From Candidatus Poribacteria bacterium (GTDB taxonomy: Bacteria; Poribacteria; WGA-4E; WGA-3G): a stretch of DNA of 64,000 nucleotides. The notes beneath the pieces are model-generated. The model did no database searches. It saw nothing but the letters and a program-made list of their open reading frames with translations, and had not been told where the DNA came from. The DNA is taken from contig CAXXLX010000002.1 in NCBI GenBank assembly GCA_963665235.2, forward strand, positions 320,001 to 384,000, read 5' to 3'. Shown here piece by piece: positions 20,254-29,701 of this stretch; the first letter of the stretch is position 1; each line of letters starts with the position of its first letter. The translations under genes were made by a program, and so were the position numbers.

Positions 20254-20614
20254 CTCTTTTTTTTACAAAAACGCTGTTAGCGGTGTCTACATCCCCCAGC
20301 TAAAGCTTGGGGGTTTTGACACCGAAGACACTGATAAATATCTATGTTGTGAACGACACCTTCGCCGGTGATAACAATTTTTCGGATGTCACTTTTAAAT
20401 GGTATGGAAAAAACGACGCCGGACCAGACATACTTTTCGTTAACAACCGCCTCAACCGGGATGTACTTCTGTTCTGTGAAGAGTGTTGCACACCCGATAA
20501 AGAGCACACATAGCAATAGAATCAGATAGAATTTAGACATCTCTGAGCTTCGTCTGAGAATGAGAATTCGTTATTTGTAGGTTGGGTTGAACAGATGCTG
20601 TGTATTAGGAAAAA

Positions 20615-20688
20615 TGGGCGGTACAGGACTTGAACCTGTGACCTCTTGCATGTCAAGCAAACGCTCTAGCCACCTGAGCTAACCACCC
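20615..20688 (-). tRNA. tRNA-Val(GAC)
   Basis: Cloverleaf GGGTGGTTAGCTCAG...GGTTCAAGTCC, anticodon GAC. Confidence 0.95.
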
Positions 20689-20702
20689 ACATATAGAGGT
20701 AA

Positions 20703-20777
20703 TGGAGGTGGCGGTCGGAATCGAACCGACGAATAAGAGTTTTGCAGACTCTGGCCTTACCACTTGGCTACGCCACC
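20703..20777 (-). tRNA. tRNA-Cys(GCA)
   Basis: GGTGGCGTAGCCAAGTGGTAAGGC...GGTTCGATTCC..CCA. Confidence 0.95.
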
Positions 20778-20781
20778 GGAA

Positions 20782-20856
20782 TGGAGCGGGAGACGAGATT
20801 TGAACTCGCGACCTCCACCTTGGCAAGGTGGAGCTCTACCACTGAGCTACTCCCGC
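20782..20856 (-). tRNA. tRNA-Gly(GCC)
   Basis: GCGGGAGTAGCTCAG...GTTCAAATC..CCA. Confidence 0.95.
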
Positions 20857-20897
20857 AATTTGTAGATGTGAATTTTTACACATCTGATAGTGTATAT

Positions 20898-20926
20898 AGT
20901 TTAACATGCTTTAATGAAAATGTCAA
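20898..20926 (-). promoter_or_regulatory. tRNA operon promoter TTGACA-17-TAAACT
   Basis: Hexamers and spacing. Confidence 0.6.
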
Positions 20927-21011
20927 GTTAATTTTGATTAAAAACAGAAAAATTCCGAAATTTTGTCAAAAAACTTCGAAATTTTTCAGGATTTTCGCTA
21001 TGTGAATGCTA

Positions 21012-22217
21012 TCAGGTGCGGTAGTCCGCATTGATTCGGATGTAATCGTACGAATAATCGCAGGTCCACATAGTTATTTCAGCGTTGCCTGCTTGGAGGT
21101 CAATGGTAATTCTGACAGGGTCATTGGCGAACAATTTGGTCGCTTTCGCCTCGTCATATCCAGCATCCATGCCGTTTTTAACGAGCAGATAGTCGCCGAG
21201 GAGCACGTCGACCTGATACGGGTCGAACGTTGCCCCGGATTTTCCGATTGCCATCATGATCCGTCCCCAGTTGGCATCGTTGGCGAAAACGGCTGTTTTG
21301 ACGAGTGGGGATTCGGCAACTGCCCGGGCGGCTTTTTCGGCATCGTCCCGATTTTTTGCGCGTTTAACGACAACTTCAACCAATTTCGTCGCGCCTTCGC
21401 CATCACGAGCAAGCATCTTGACCAATTCGGTGCAGACAGACTGCAACCCTTCACAAAACGCCTCGTAATTCGTCCCCTCCGGTTGAATAATGTCAGAGTT
21501 GCCTGCCCTGCCCGTTGCAAGAATCAATACCGTGTCATTTGTACTCCGGTCGGTATCGACGGTCAGTAGGTTATAGGTGTTATCTGTGACGTGGGTTAAG
21601 GCGGCTTGAAGTGCTTCGCTTCCGATGCATGCGTCAGTTGTCAGGTAGGAGAGCATTGTGGCCATATTGGGTGCTATCATCCCTGACCCCTTGGCAATTC
21701 CTCCGATTTTGATAGGGGTGCCGGCAATTGTCGTTTCAATCGCGAACGCTTTCGGGTGCGTGTCAGTTGTCATAATAGCTTCGGCGGCATCGCTTCCGCC
21801 TTCCACGCTAAGCGCGTTTGCTGCCAATTGAATGCCGTTCTCAATTTTATCCATCGGCAATTGTTGACCGATAACGCCTGTTGAGGAGACAAGAACGTGC
21901 TTTTCAGCGATGCCGAGTTGTGCTGCTGTTAACGATGCCATCCGTTGGGCGTTCGCCATGCCAGCCTCACCGGTACAAGCGTTGGCATTCCCACTGTTGA
22001 CAACAACGGCTTGTGCTGTCGCCTCGCTGAGGTGCTGACGACATACCAAAACTGGGGCAGCTGTGACGCTGTTTTTTGTGAAGACACCTGCAGCGACCGC
22101 TGGGGTATCGGTGACGATTAAGGCTAGGTCTTTTAGTTCTGATTTTTTGATACCGGCATGGATGCCTGCTGCTCGGACCCCCGGCACTGCGGTAATTCCA
22201 CCATCTATCTGTTTCAT
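21012..22217 (-). CDS. argJ: Ornithine acetyltransferase / N-acetylglutamate synthase
   Basis: NSGNANACTG, KGSGMIAPNMATML, DRSTNDT, DGEGATK; likely start MKQIDGG. Confidence 0.96.
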   Translation of the reverse strand: MKQIDGGITAVPGVRAAGIHAGIKKSELKDLALIVTDTPAVAAGVFTKNSVTAAPVLVCRQHLSEATAQAVVVNSGNANACTGEAGMANAQRMASLTAAQLGIAEKHVLVSSTGVIGQQLPMDKIENGIQLAANALSVEGGSDAAEAIMTTDTHPKAFAIETTIAGTPIKIGGIAKGSGMIAPNMATMLSYLTTDACIGSEALQAALTHVTDNTYNLLTVDTDRSTNDTVLILATGRAGNSDIIQPEGTNYEAFCEGLQSVCTELVKMLARDGEGATKLVEVVVKRAKNRDDAEKAARAVAESPLVKTAVFANDANWGRIMMAIGKSGATFDPYQVDVLLGDYLLVKNGMDAGYDEAKATKLFANDPVRITIDLQAGNAEITMWTCDYSYDYIRINADYRT

Positions 22218-22247
22218 CAAGTTCTTCGGATTGGAAACCCCCAGCAT

Positions 22248-23300
22248 TTATGCGGGGGAGGAAAATCCGCCTTTATAGTTGAAGTTCAAGCGTGTTAGCA
22301 CTTGAAAATCTGCGCGTTTTGCACCCGTTGTGAGGCGTTCACCTTCTAAGCTATAGATAGAAAACAACCCCTTTGCATTAATACCCGTAATAGGATGTCC
22401 TCGGTGGGACCTCGGACGTGTGATACCATGCTTACCATGTTTGATCAGTGTGTTTTTGATAAGTCTATCACTTAACACAGTCCCCCCATAGCGGGGTCTC
22501 TTTCCCCCGGTTTGTGGGTTCTGCCGATGCAGTTCCCGCCTGCGTATGGGTATCGGTGAAATGCAGAATATGTCTGTATTGTCCACGGTTTCCGCATCAC
22601 CCCCCACGGTATGGTAGGCTAAGCACCACGCGTCAACGCAATGTGCCTCAAAAGTCTCTGCCAACTTTTGAGATGACTTTTTCAAACCGAGCCTGTCGCG
22701 CAGCTGTTTTGTCTGCCACCCTTGAAGGGTTAGCAGTTCCCACCGCTTTTCTATTTCGCCATAAAACCAGGTCTTGCCCACCTCAAGCGGACTAAAAGAT
22801 GTGTTCCATTTCTTAGCACGTTCAATAGTCCGTGCTTTGATGTCCTCAACACAGACGTGTGTAACAGGATAGAGTTTAGACAACCAATCTAATATCCGAA
22901 GTTTCCAATCCCAACGGGCACGGGTGCCTGCCGGGAGACGGTCTTTCTTCGCTACTCGATTTGTTCGATGCTTCCGGTTTGGACACTTCCGGGTTCTACG
23001 ACCCCGTCTCAAGATACGTCTTCTTTTAACTTTTTTTCCAACCTTGTTATGTGCATCCGCTTGCACATTCAGATATGTGTGTGCCTCAGACTTCACCGTG
23101 AAGCCTTCTTTCTTGGAACCAGGGTCCACGCCCACACAGATTTCCTGTGTGTGTTCTTTTGTCTCGTAGTTTAGCCGAATACAAAAGATACCGTTACGCC
23201 AATATGGCGTTGCCAATTCTTTTTTGATTAGCACGCCCGCTTTGTTAGAATCTGTCGGCATTAATGGATTGCCAGACTTGCTTTGAACCGGAACAAACAT
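22248..23300 (-). CDS. isrB: IsrB (HNH-less IscB homolog, RNA-guided nickase)
   Basis: PLMP, RuvC-I GVDPG, Arg-rich bridge helix, RuvC-II VEDI, RuvC-III HCVDA; no HNH; 350 aa. Confidence 0.88.
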   Translation of the reverse strand: MFVPVQSKSGNPLMPTDSNKAGVLIKKELATPYWRNGIFCIRLNYETKEHTQEICVGVDPGSKKEGFTVKSEAHTYLNVQADAHNKVGKKVKRRRILRRGRRTRKCPNRKHRTNRVAKKDRLPAGTRARWDWKLRILDWLSKLYPVTHVCVEDIKARTIERAKKWNTSFSPLEVGKTWFYGEIEKRWELLTLQGWQTKQLRDRLGLKKSSQKLAETFEAHCVDAWCLAYHTVGGDAETVDNTDIFCISPIPIRRRELHRQNPQTGGKRPRYGGTVLSDRLIKNTLIKHGKHGITRPRSHRGHPITGINAKGLFSIYSLEGERLTTGAKRADFQVLTRLNFNYKGGFSSPA

Positions 23301-23304
23301 AGTT

Positions 23305-23511
23305 TGTAATCTCCCTTTCGGGTTGTATATTTCCCCATCCAGATCAGGTATTCAGAGAGGGGTCGGACTTGGGGAGCATCCGAGACATCTTATGAGCTGC
23401 CACGCTCAGAATACCCGATATATTACTGTAGTGAAGAACTTAATCCTTGACAGGGAACGTGTGTGGCTACGCTTTGTCAAAGCACCCAAGCTTTAGCTGG
23501 GTGATCTTTAC
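23305..23511 (-). ncRNA. omegaRNA scaffold upstream of isrB
   Basis: Position between element end and ORF; blocks conserved with 63290-63487. Confidence 0.75.
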
Positions 23512-23991
23512 AAAAAAACGCTCCTGAGTATGTAGTGTTCCCATTTTAGGATATTTCGATGAAATCGTCAAGTTTTTTATTAATACTGAACTTTGGACAA
23601 TTTTAGGGGGCATCCAGTCAAAGGGCAAAGAGATAGGGAAGGATGGAAGGGGGGAAGATTAGATTTCGCGTGTGTTGTCTGAATCACGGAGGACACAGAG
23701 GACACAGAAAACGCGGAAAGAAGTTTGGCTAAAATCTATAAACATACCGCCCCGCTGGGGCTAGCTTGTCTGGTGTTCGCGTTTTCTATTTTCCTGTCAA
23801 CCGATCAAAACTTTTAGAGCTACCAAGTTGAACAAGAAATGAGACCTACACAATAAATGCTTCTATTACAACTACGATGGGTGATGAATTGCCCTACTAC
23901 AAACGACGGGCGAGGGGCTCTCGCCTCTACGAACGATGGACGATGAATTGCCCTTAGAGGAGCGGGCTGCTTGCCCGAATACTGAACGACC

Positions 23992-25668
23992 TCACTTTAT
24001 TACGCCGTGCCCCTCTTTAATGTGCAGAATTTGATTTGCCTTCACATCGAAAAATTGCTCAGTGTGTCCACTCGGCCAGTGGAGCTCTAGCATATCAACC
24101 TGTTTGTGCTGCCCAAGTCCGAAGTGAGCGCGCAGGTCGTTTTGGGAGAGATAGCTTGACCCACTATGCACCTCTCTGATAAGCGTGTGTGCGCCTATTT
24201 TTAAGATTATTTTTGTGCCGATACCGGAGGCGTTGCTTTGTGTACCGATAGTCCGAATTGTTAGATAGTTGTTGCTGTTTCCCCCATCGTTTCGGAGTAG
24301 CATTGCGGTTTGATTGGAATGGTTGAGAAAAATATCGATATCGCCGTCGTTATCGTAGTCGCCGAAGGCTGCGCCGCGGCTGACCTTTTTGGGTAGCCGC
24401 GTTAATCCAACTTCAGCAGACACATCTGTGAAACGATGTCCCTTACCTTGGGAATTGTTTTGGAAAAGGAGGTCGAGTTGGGGGTAGGTGGCATCGGAGA
24501 AGTCTGCGATATTGTCCTGAAGATGCCCGTTAGCGAGGAAGATATCGAGTCGGCTATCGTTGTTGTAATCTAGAAAATCGACTGCCCACTTAAAATAGGG
24601 AAGTGTTGTTGCGCCAATCCCTGAAGCGAAAGAAACCTCTGAAAAAAATAGTGTTTCTTCATTGTGATAAAGGAGTACAGGTTGCGCGGGAGCATTACTG
24701 ACGATTAGGTCGAGGTATCCATCGTTATCGTAATCGCCGAAAGCACTACCCATGCCGCTGCCGGGCATGCCATTTTCATCGTAGCCTGTGCCGTTGAGGT
24801 CAGCGATTTCAGTGAATGTGCCATCGCCATTGTTTTGATAAAATAGGTCAGGTTCCATATCGTTGGCAATGTGAAGGTCAGGGTCGTTGTCATTATCGTA
24901 ATCGCCGACTGCCACGGCGAGTCCGAGGCCACGGTGTGAAATTCCAGCGGCTTCGGTGACATCGGTGAACGTCCCATCTCCGTTATTGCGATAGAGGATA
25001 TCCGCTTCACTGACAAAGCGGGTGCGTTCCATTTGGTCTACAGGACTGCAATAGATTCGTACCCCCCGTGTTTCCCACCCTTGATTGTCTGGAACGGAAA
25101 ATTGCATATAGTTGACGACGTATAGGTCGACGTGTCCATCCAAATTGTAATCCAGGAAGGCGCATCCTGTTCCCCAACGTTCGTCTCCGACGCCTGCTTT
25201 CTCTGTGATGTCGGTAAAAGTGCCATCGCCATTGTTATGATAGAGTCGATTGGGGGTTCCGTAGTTTGTCACATAAATTTCAGGGTATCCATCATTGTTG
25301 ATATCGGCTGCGGCGCATCCGACCCCGTATCCTGTATCGCCAACGCCTGCCTTGTGTGTAATGTCGGTAAAAGTGCCGTCTCCGTTGTTGTGATAGAGGC
25401 TGTTTTGTGCGGAGGGGATGTTTGCTGGAATTGCGGGGGCGATGTGTGTACCGTTCACAATATAAAGGTCAAGGTTTCCATCGGCATTGTAGTCAAAAAA
25501 GAGTGCCCCGGAGCCGAGGGTTTCAATGAGAAATTTTTGACCTGTTCTGCCATCCACATGCCGAAAAGCGATGCCTGCTGTGGCGGTTGCATCGATGAAG
25601 TGAACCTCTGTATAAGCAGGCCGACTGACGAGACTCAAACAGAGCAGAATTTGACAGATACATCTCAT
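23992..25668 (-). CDS. CRTAC1 / ASPIC-UnbV family FG-GAP repeat protein
   Basis: Repeated DYDNDGD.D, LY.NNGDGTFTD; SYLSQND..HFGLG. Confidence 0.92.
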   Translation of the reverse strand: MRCICQILLCLSLVSRPAYTEVHFIDATATAGIAFRHVDGRTGQKFLIETLGSGALFFDYNADGNLDLYIVNGTHIAPAIPANIPSAQNSLYHNNGDGTFTDITHKAGVGDTGYGVGCAAADINNDGYPEIYVTNYGTPNRLYHNNGDGTFTDITEKAGVGDERWGTGCAFLDYNLDGHVDLYVVNYMQFSVPDNQGWETRGVRIYCSPVDQMERTRFVSEADILYRNNGDGTFTDVTEAAGISHRGLGLAVAVGDYDNDNDPDLHIANDMEPDLFYQNNGDGTFTEIADLNGTGYDENGMPGSGMGSAFGDYDNDGYLDLIVSNAPAQPVLLYHNEETLFFSEVSFASGIGATTLPYFKWAVDFLDYNNDSRLDIFLANGHLQDNIADFSDATYPQLDLLFQNNSQGKGHRFTDVSAEVGLTRLPKKVSRGAAFGDYDNDGDIDIFLNHSNQTAMLLRNDGGNSNNYLTIRTIGTQSNASGIGTKIILKIGAHTLIREVHSGSSYLSQNDLRAHFGLGQHKQVDMLELHWPSGHTEQFFDVKANQILHIKEGHGVIK

Positions 25669-26921
25669 TTTTTTTGTAGGGCATCCCGTCTTTCGCGGGC
25701 TTGTTGTGCTTCGCTGTTTAGTGCTAGGTGGGTGTATATTGTGGCGAGCGTGTCCCAATAATTCGCTTCCGCTGGGGCAAGGCGGGTGGCAGTTTGCGCG
25801 TGCTTAAGTGCTTTTGATAGATGTCCCATCAATTCTGTGTAGCAGACAGCGATGTTGTTATGGGCAATTGCGAGCGTAGCATCGGCATCTATCGCTTTTT
25901 GATATGCCGATATTGCGAGTTTAATTTTCCCCTGTTTATGGTAAGCGTGTCCGAGATTGTAATGAGGACTGGCTAAAGCGGGGGCTAGGGAAATTGCATG
26001 TTTATAGTTTTCAATTGCTTTGTCGTAACGGCGGCGTGTCAGATAAATGATGCCGAGATTGTTATAACCTTTTGGGTCGTCGGGACGCATTTTGACCCAC
26101 TTCTGTGCTTTTTGAAGAAGGGGGTCGGTGGCGCGAAGGATTTTGAAGAACGTCATTGCTGCCGCGGCTTTCTCTTTCTGACCACGCTTGATATGGACCT
26201 GCGCTATTTGATAATATGCTGCTGTCCTATCTATCTGAATCTCAATAACCTTCTCAAAGGCAGTCATGGCAGCATCATACCGTCCGCTCTTCGCGTATAC
26301 CCGCCCTAATCCGTAAATGGCCTCGGTTCCGTTGGGTGTGAGCTGGACCGCTGCTCGATATGCCTGCTCGGCTTGCGTTGTCTGCCCCTGTTTGAGGGAC
26401 ACCTCACCGAGGCCAATATAAGCAGCTGTCCATTTCGCATCGATGGCAATAGCGTGTTTAAACGCTTCGGCAGCACGTGCGAGCATGCCCTGCTTGAGAT
26501 AGACTAAGCCAATATTATAGTGTGGCTCCGCTGTTTTATCGGACAATTGGCACGCCTTCCGATAAACGCGTAGTGCTGCTTCGTACTGTTTGAGTTCCGA
26601 GTAGGTAATGCCGAGCGCGTTGTAGATAATAGCGGAACTCGGGTTGTGCGCGATGGCTTTTTTGTAGGCGGAGACCGCTTTTTCAAATGCCTCTAACGCA
26701 TGGTGAGCAGAGGCGATTCTATAATGTACCTCTGCCAACCAGTCAGCATCAGAATCTGCGGTTCGTGAGCGGACTGCTTCTTCAAACGCTGTGAGTGCTT
26801 TCTGATACCGACCTGCTTCATAGGACGCTATGCCGCGTTGATAGTGTTCATTAGCAACATTGGCTAAAGCAGTGTTTCCTAAAACACTACAGAGAAGAAA
26901 CATTGTGATATATCTGAGCAT
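25665..26921 (-). CDS. Secreted tetratricopeptide-repeat protein
   Basis: Multiple TPRs; the upstream ORF extension is heptamer-repeat DNA, so likely start MLRYIT. Confidence 0.88.
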   Translation of the reverse strand: MLRYITMFLLCSVLGNTALANVANEHYQRGIASYEAGRYQKALTAFEEAVRSRTADSDADWLAEVHYRIASAHHALEAFEKAVSAYKKAIAHNPSSAIIYNALGITYSELKQYEAALRVYRKACQLSDKTAEPHYNIGLVYLKQGMLARAAEAFKHAIAIDAKWTAAYIGLGEVSLKQGQTTQAEQAYRAAVQLTPNGTEAIYGLGRVYAKSGRYDAAMTAFEKVIEIQIDRTAAYYQIAQVHIKRGQKEKAAAAMTFFKILRATDPLLQKAQKWVKMRPDDPKGYNNLGIIYLTRRRYDKAIENYKHAISLAPALASPHYNLGHAYHKQGKIKLAISAYQKAIDADATLAIAHNNIAVCYTELMGHLSKALKHAQTATRLAPAEANYWDTLATIYTHLALNSEAQQARERRDALQKK

Positions 26922-27066
26922 TGGCGATTGGCAATTAGCAATTAGCAATTGGCGATTAGCAATTGGAAACCAGAGAAAGAGGGTTTTGACGCGCGGCAGA
27001 GATATGCTTAGCATCACAACCTTCTTGCTAACAGCCAACAGCCAATAGCCAATTGCCAACAACCAA
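26921..27066. repeat. Composite element: opposed heptamer tracts (GCAATTA / AGCCAAY) around a core; relatives at 40481-40626 and 51121-51223
   Basis: Shared CTTGCTAACAGCCAACAGCCAATAGCCAAT and GACGCGCG.CAGA-like core. Confidence 0.7.
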
Positions 27067-27843
27067 TTAACGCTGTGATGCTTTTATAGCACCCCATGTC
27101 GTAGCAAGTTTTCCTGCGGGTTCTACCGGTAGAAATCCATCCGCTCTAATGGTATCAATCTCCGCTTGCGTAAGGACTCGGTTGAAAAGATACACTTCGT
27201 CAATGGTGCCTGTGAAGAATTCGTCGCCTGGATGTCTTGCGCCGACCATAACGGAGCCGCTAATCTCAATAATTGCTGGCGGTTTTCCACCACTACCTAC
27301 TTTTTTGCCATCATAGTAGATGCTAACATCGGAGTCAACGTCATGTGTTACGGTAAGATGCACCCAATCTTCGGGTTGATTTTCATCGGAAATACATTTT
27401 TGTGTCCAGCCTGGTGCTTTGGACCAGAGATAAGTTTTTTTGGTATTGTTATTGAAAATAGTTGCCCATACGAGTGGACCAGCAGCGACCATATAGTTCC
27501 ATTCTGCAGCTTGAGTATTTCCGCGTTTAACCCAAAAAGTGACAGAAAATTTTTCTCTTAGCTGTAAGGTATCGTTAATCGGCACTTTTACATACTGTCG
27601 CTTAGTGCCATCAAATTCAAGGGCTTTCCCACCAAATTGTCCATCAACCACTGTAGGATTTGCGACCAGTTCGCCATCATTGCCGTGTACTGAGCCATCT
27701 TTGGCGGTGTTCCCTTTTACATCGTCGAAGGATAGGTATAGCACGAGAGATTTATCGTCTAAACCTGCGTTCGAGGGGGCGGTAACGATGAACAGAGTGA
27801 AAATTGCCACGATTGCTGTTGTCCATTTTATACATTTCTGCAC
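27067..27843 (-). CDS. LamG-like jellyroll secreted protein
   Basis: LVLYLSFDD, GKALEFDG, FTGTIDEV, C-terminal PAGKLATTWGAIK. Confidence 0.88.
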   Translation of the reverse strand: MQKCIKWTTAIVAIFTLFIVTAPSNAGLDDKSLVLYLSFDDVKGNTAKDGSVHGNDGELVANPTVVDGQFGGKALEFDGTKRQYVKVPINDTLQLREKFSVTFWVKRGNTQAAEWNYMVAAGPLVWATIFNNNTKKTYLWSKAPGWTQKCISDENQPEDWVHLTVTHDVDSDVSIYYDGKKVGSGGKPPAIIEISGSVMVGARHPGDEFFTGTIDEVYLFNRVLTQAEIDTIRADGFLPVEPAGKLATTWGAIKASQR

Positions 27844-27889
27844 GGTTTTCAAAGCCTCCTTATAGAGATTTTTCCAAACTGAAAAGAGC

Positions 27890-29647
27890 TTAGCAAGCCC
27901 CACATTTTTTACAGACTGTCGTATCACATTGGCTTGTCATAAACCCTTTTTCCTGTTTACTGAATTCGAGTTGTAGGAATTGCGGTTTAACGTTTAGGTC
28001 AAGATGGTCCCAGGGGTTAACTTCGTTGAGCTCCCGTTGTCGGAGTGCGTAAAAATCGGGTGCAAGCCCATATTTACGGAAGGCGTTGTTCCATGATAGG
28101 TTTCCGCTGGCGAGTTCGGCAATTACTTTTCCGAGCCGGCGGTCGCCTCGTGCGAAGACAGCTTCTTGGTGCGCGAGGCGCGCGCTTGCGGATGACACTT
28201 TTAAACTACCGAGCCTGTTAATTTCGCGTTTCAGGTAATCAAGTTTTTTCGCGATTGTTTTCGGTGGCTCCATGGCGACCCACTGGAACGGGGTATGCGG
28301 TTTTGGTACCATCGGCGAGATGGTAAAGCTGATGCGTCCTATTTTTCCAGTGCGTTTTGCGTGGGGTAGCAGGATTTTTCGCATATCCTTTGCCATATCC
28401 ACAATGGCTGTCACATCGGCGGGGGTTTCCTGCGGGACACCGATGAGAAAATAGAGGCGGAGGTTAAGAATATCACGTTTCAACGCTTCTTCAAAGACAT
28501 AATAGAGCCGTTCCCGGGGTATTGCTTTATTGACAACCCTTTGAAGTTCTGGTGTGGCAACTTCGGGTGCTATGGTAATTGTGCCCTGTTCGCTGTCAGC
28601 GAGGGCATCAAGTAGGGGCGTACGGACAGTCTCTGCCCGGAGCGAGGCACACGAAATACGGAACCCGCGTTCCACGAGGCCTGTTGCGATGTCGTCAATC
28701 TGCGGGTGGTCAGAGATAGATGCCCCGACAAGTCCGATTCTGTCTGTAATACCGCGGGCTCTTTCAGCGAGGGCGAGTGTATTTTCGACAGAGCGGCGCC
28801 TCGGCCATCGGCGGGCATAGTCTGCTACACAGAAACGACATTGTCTGCCACACCCGCGTACAATTTCAATGAGATGTGCGTTCTGGAACTCCGTATTCGG
28901 GGTATGAATATGCGTACAAGTTTCCACAGCGTCCAATTTTGGGACTGCGGCTGCGCTAATTTTTTGAGGGAATCCCGGTTTTGGAACTACCTGTTTGACT
29001 GTATTATCTGCGTGATACGTGACATCATAAAAGCTGGGGACGTATAAACCCGGGAGTTTGCCAAGGGTGTGCAGCAGGTCAGTCTTTGGCGCGTTTGCCT
29101 GTTTCCACTCGTGGAATTCATCCATGAGTTGATGTACAAGGAGTTCGGCTTCACCGACGACAAAGATGTCAATGAAATCCGCTATCGGTTCCGGGTTGTA
29201 GGAGATATTAATTCCCCCCGCAATAACTAGTGGGTGCCATTCTGACCGTTCTGCAGCGAGGGCGGGAATTTTTCCGAGTGTCAACGCCTGCGGAATGTGG
29301 ATATAGTCGGATTCAAAGGAGACTGAGAAGCCGACTATATCAAAGGCATGCAGTGCGGTTTGTGTCTCTAGTGAGAAGAGGGCTTCGTTCCGCTTCTGGA
29401 GTTCTTGAACGTACTTGGGTTCCGGTATGAAAACTCGTTCACAAGCGGTATCTTGCCTGCTATTTAGCGTAGCATGGATGACCTGAACGCCGAGGCTTGA
29501 CATCCCAAGTTGATAGGTGCCCGGATATACGAGCGCGAACCGGTTGGGTTTTCTGTAGGTACGCTTGCCTGAGTGCGCCCCGTGCTGTCCGTGTATTGCT
29601 TGTGTTTCCGTATTCACCAAGTGTTGCGCGTGTTGGCGTAAATTCAT
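27890..29647 (-). CDS. Radical SAM protein (B12-binding-like N-terminus)
   Basis: RGCGRQCRFC (CxxxCxxC), YFLIGVP, PKPHTPFQW. Confidence 0.9.
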   Translation of the reverse strand: MNLRQHAQHLVNTETQAIHGQHGAHSGKRTYRKPNRFALVYPGTYQLGMSSLGVQVIHATLNSRQDTACERVFIPEPKYVQELQKRNEALFSLETQTALHAFDIVGFSVSFESDYIHIPQALTLGKIPALAAERSEWHPLVIAGGINISYNPEPIADFIDIFVVGEAELLVHQLMDEFHEWKQANAPKTDLLHTLGKLPGLYVPSFYDVTYHADNTVKQVVPKPGFPQKISAAAVPKLDAVETCTHIHTPNTEFQNAHLIEIVRGCGRQCRFCVADYARRWPRRRSVENTLALAERARGITDRIGLVGASISDHPQIDDIATGLVERGFRISCASLRAETVRTPLLDALADSEQGTITIAPEVATPELQRVVNKAIPRERLYYVFEEALKRDILNLRLYFLIGVPQETPADVTAIVDMAKDMRKILLPHAKRTGKIGRISFTISPMVPKPHTPFQWVAMEPPKTIAKKLDYLKREINRLGSLKVSSASARLAHQEAVFARGDRRLGKVIAELASGNLSWNNAFRKYGLAPDFYALRQRELNEVNPWDHLDLNVKPQFLQLEFSKQEKGFMTSQCDTTVCKKCGAC

Positions 29648-29701
29648 AATAGTTAAATACTCTTCAACCTCAGTTAACTGGCGGCGATAACTATTCCTGC
29701 C

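Larger units (their letters stand above)
18524..20333 (-). mobile_element. IS200/IS605-family element (tnpA + tnpB)
   Basis: Subterminal hairpins at ~20293-20314 and ~18531-18553; inserted after TTTAT, ends TCAC; no TSD. Confidence 0.93.
18344..20540 (-). pseudogene. 128-aa lipoprotein gene split by the IS605 element (5' part 20334-20540, 3' part 18344-18523)
   Basis: Removing 18524-20333 restores the frame: ...HNIDIY|VRDSEFGW...APANE*. Confidence 0.85.
22218..23511 (-). mobile_element. Non-autonomous IS200/IS605-type OMEGA element: omegaRNA + isrB
   Basis: End hairpins ~22238-22258 and ~23483-23503; boundaries TCAT| and TTAC| fit guide tetranucleotides GAAA and AAAG. Confidence 0.88.

Noticed and set aside
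18524-20333. IStron (group I intron-IS) or Cas12 locus
   Set aside because: Only ~140 bp between left end and tnpA, so no room for an intron core; no CRISPR array or cas1/2
20742-21005. 87-aa plus-strand ORF
   Set aside because: Antisense to tRNA genes and their promoter
22248-23300. IscB or Cas9 assignment
   Set aside because: No HNH motif between RuvC-II and RuvC-III, only 350 aa, and no adjacent array
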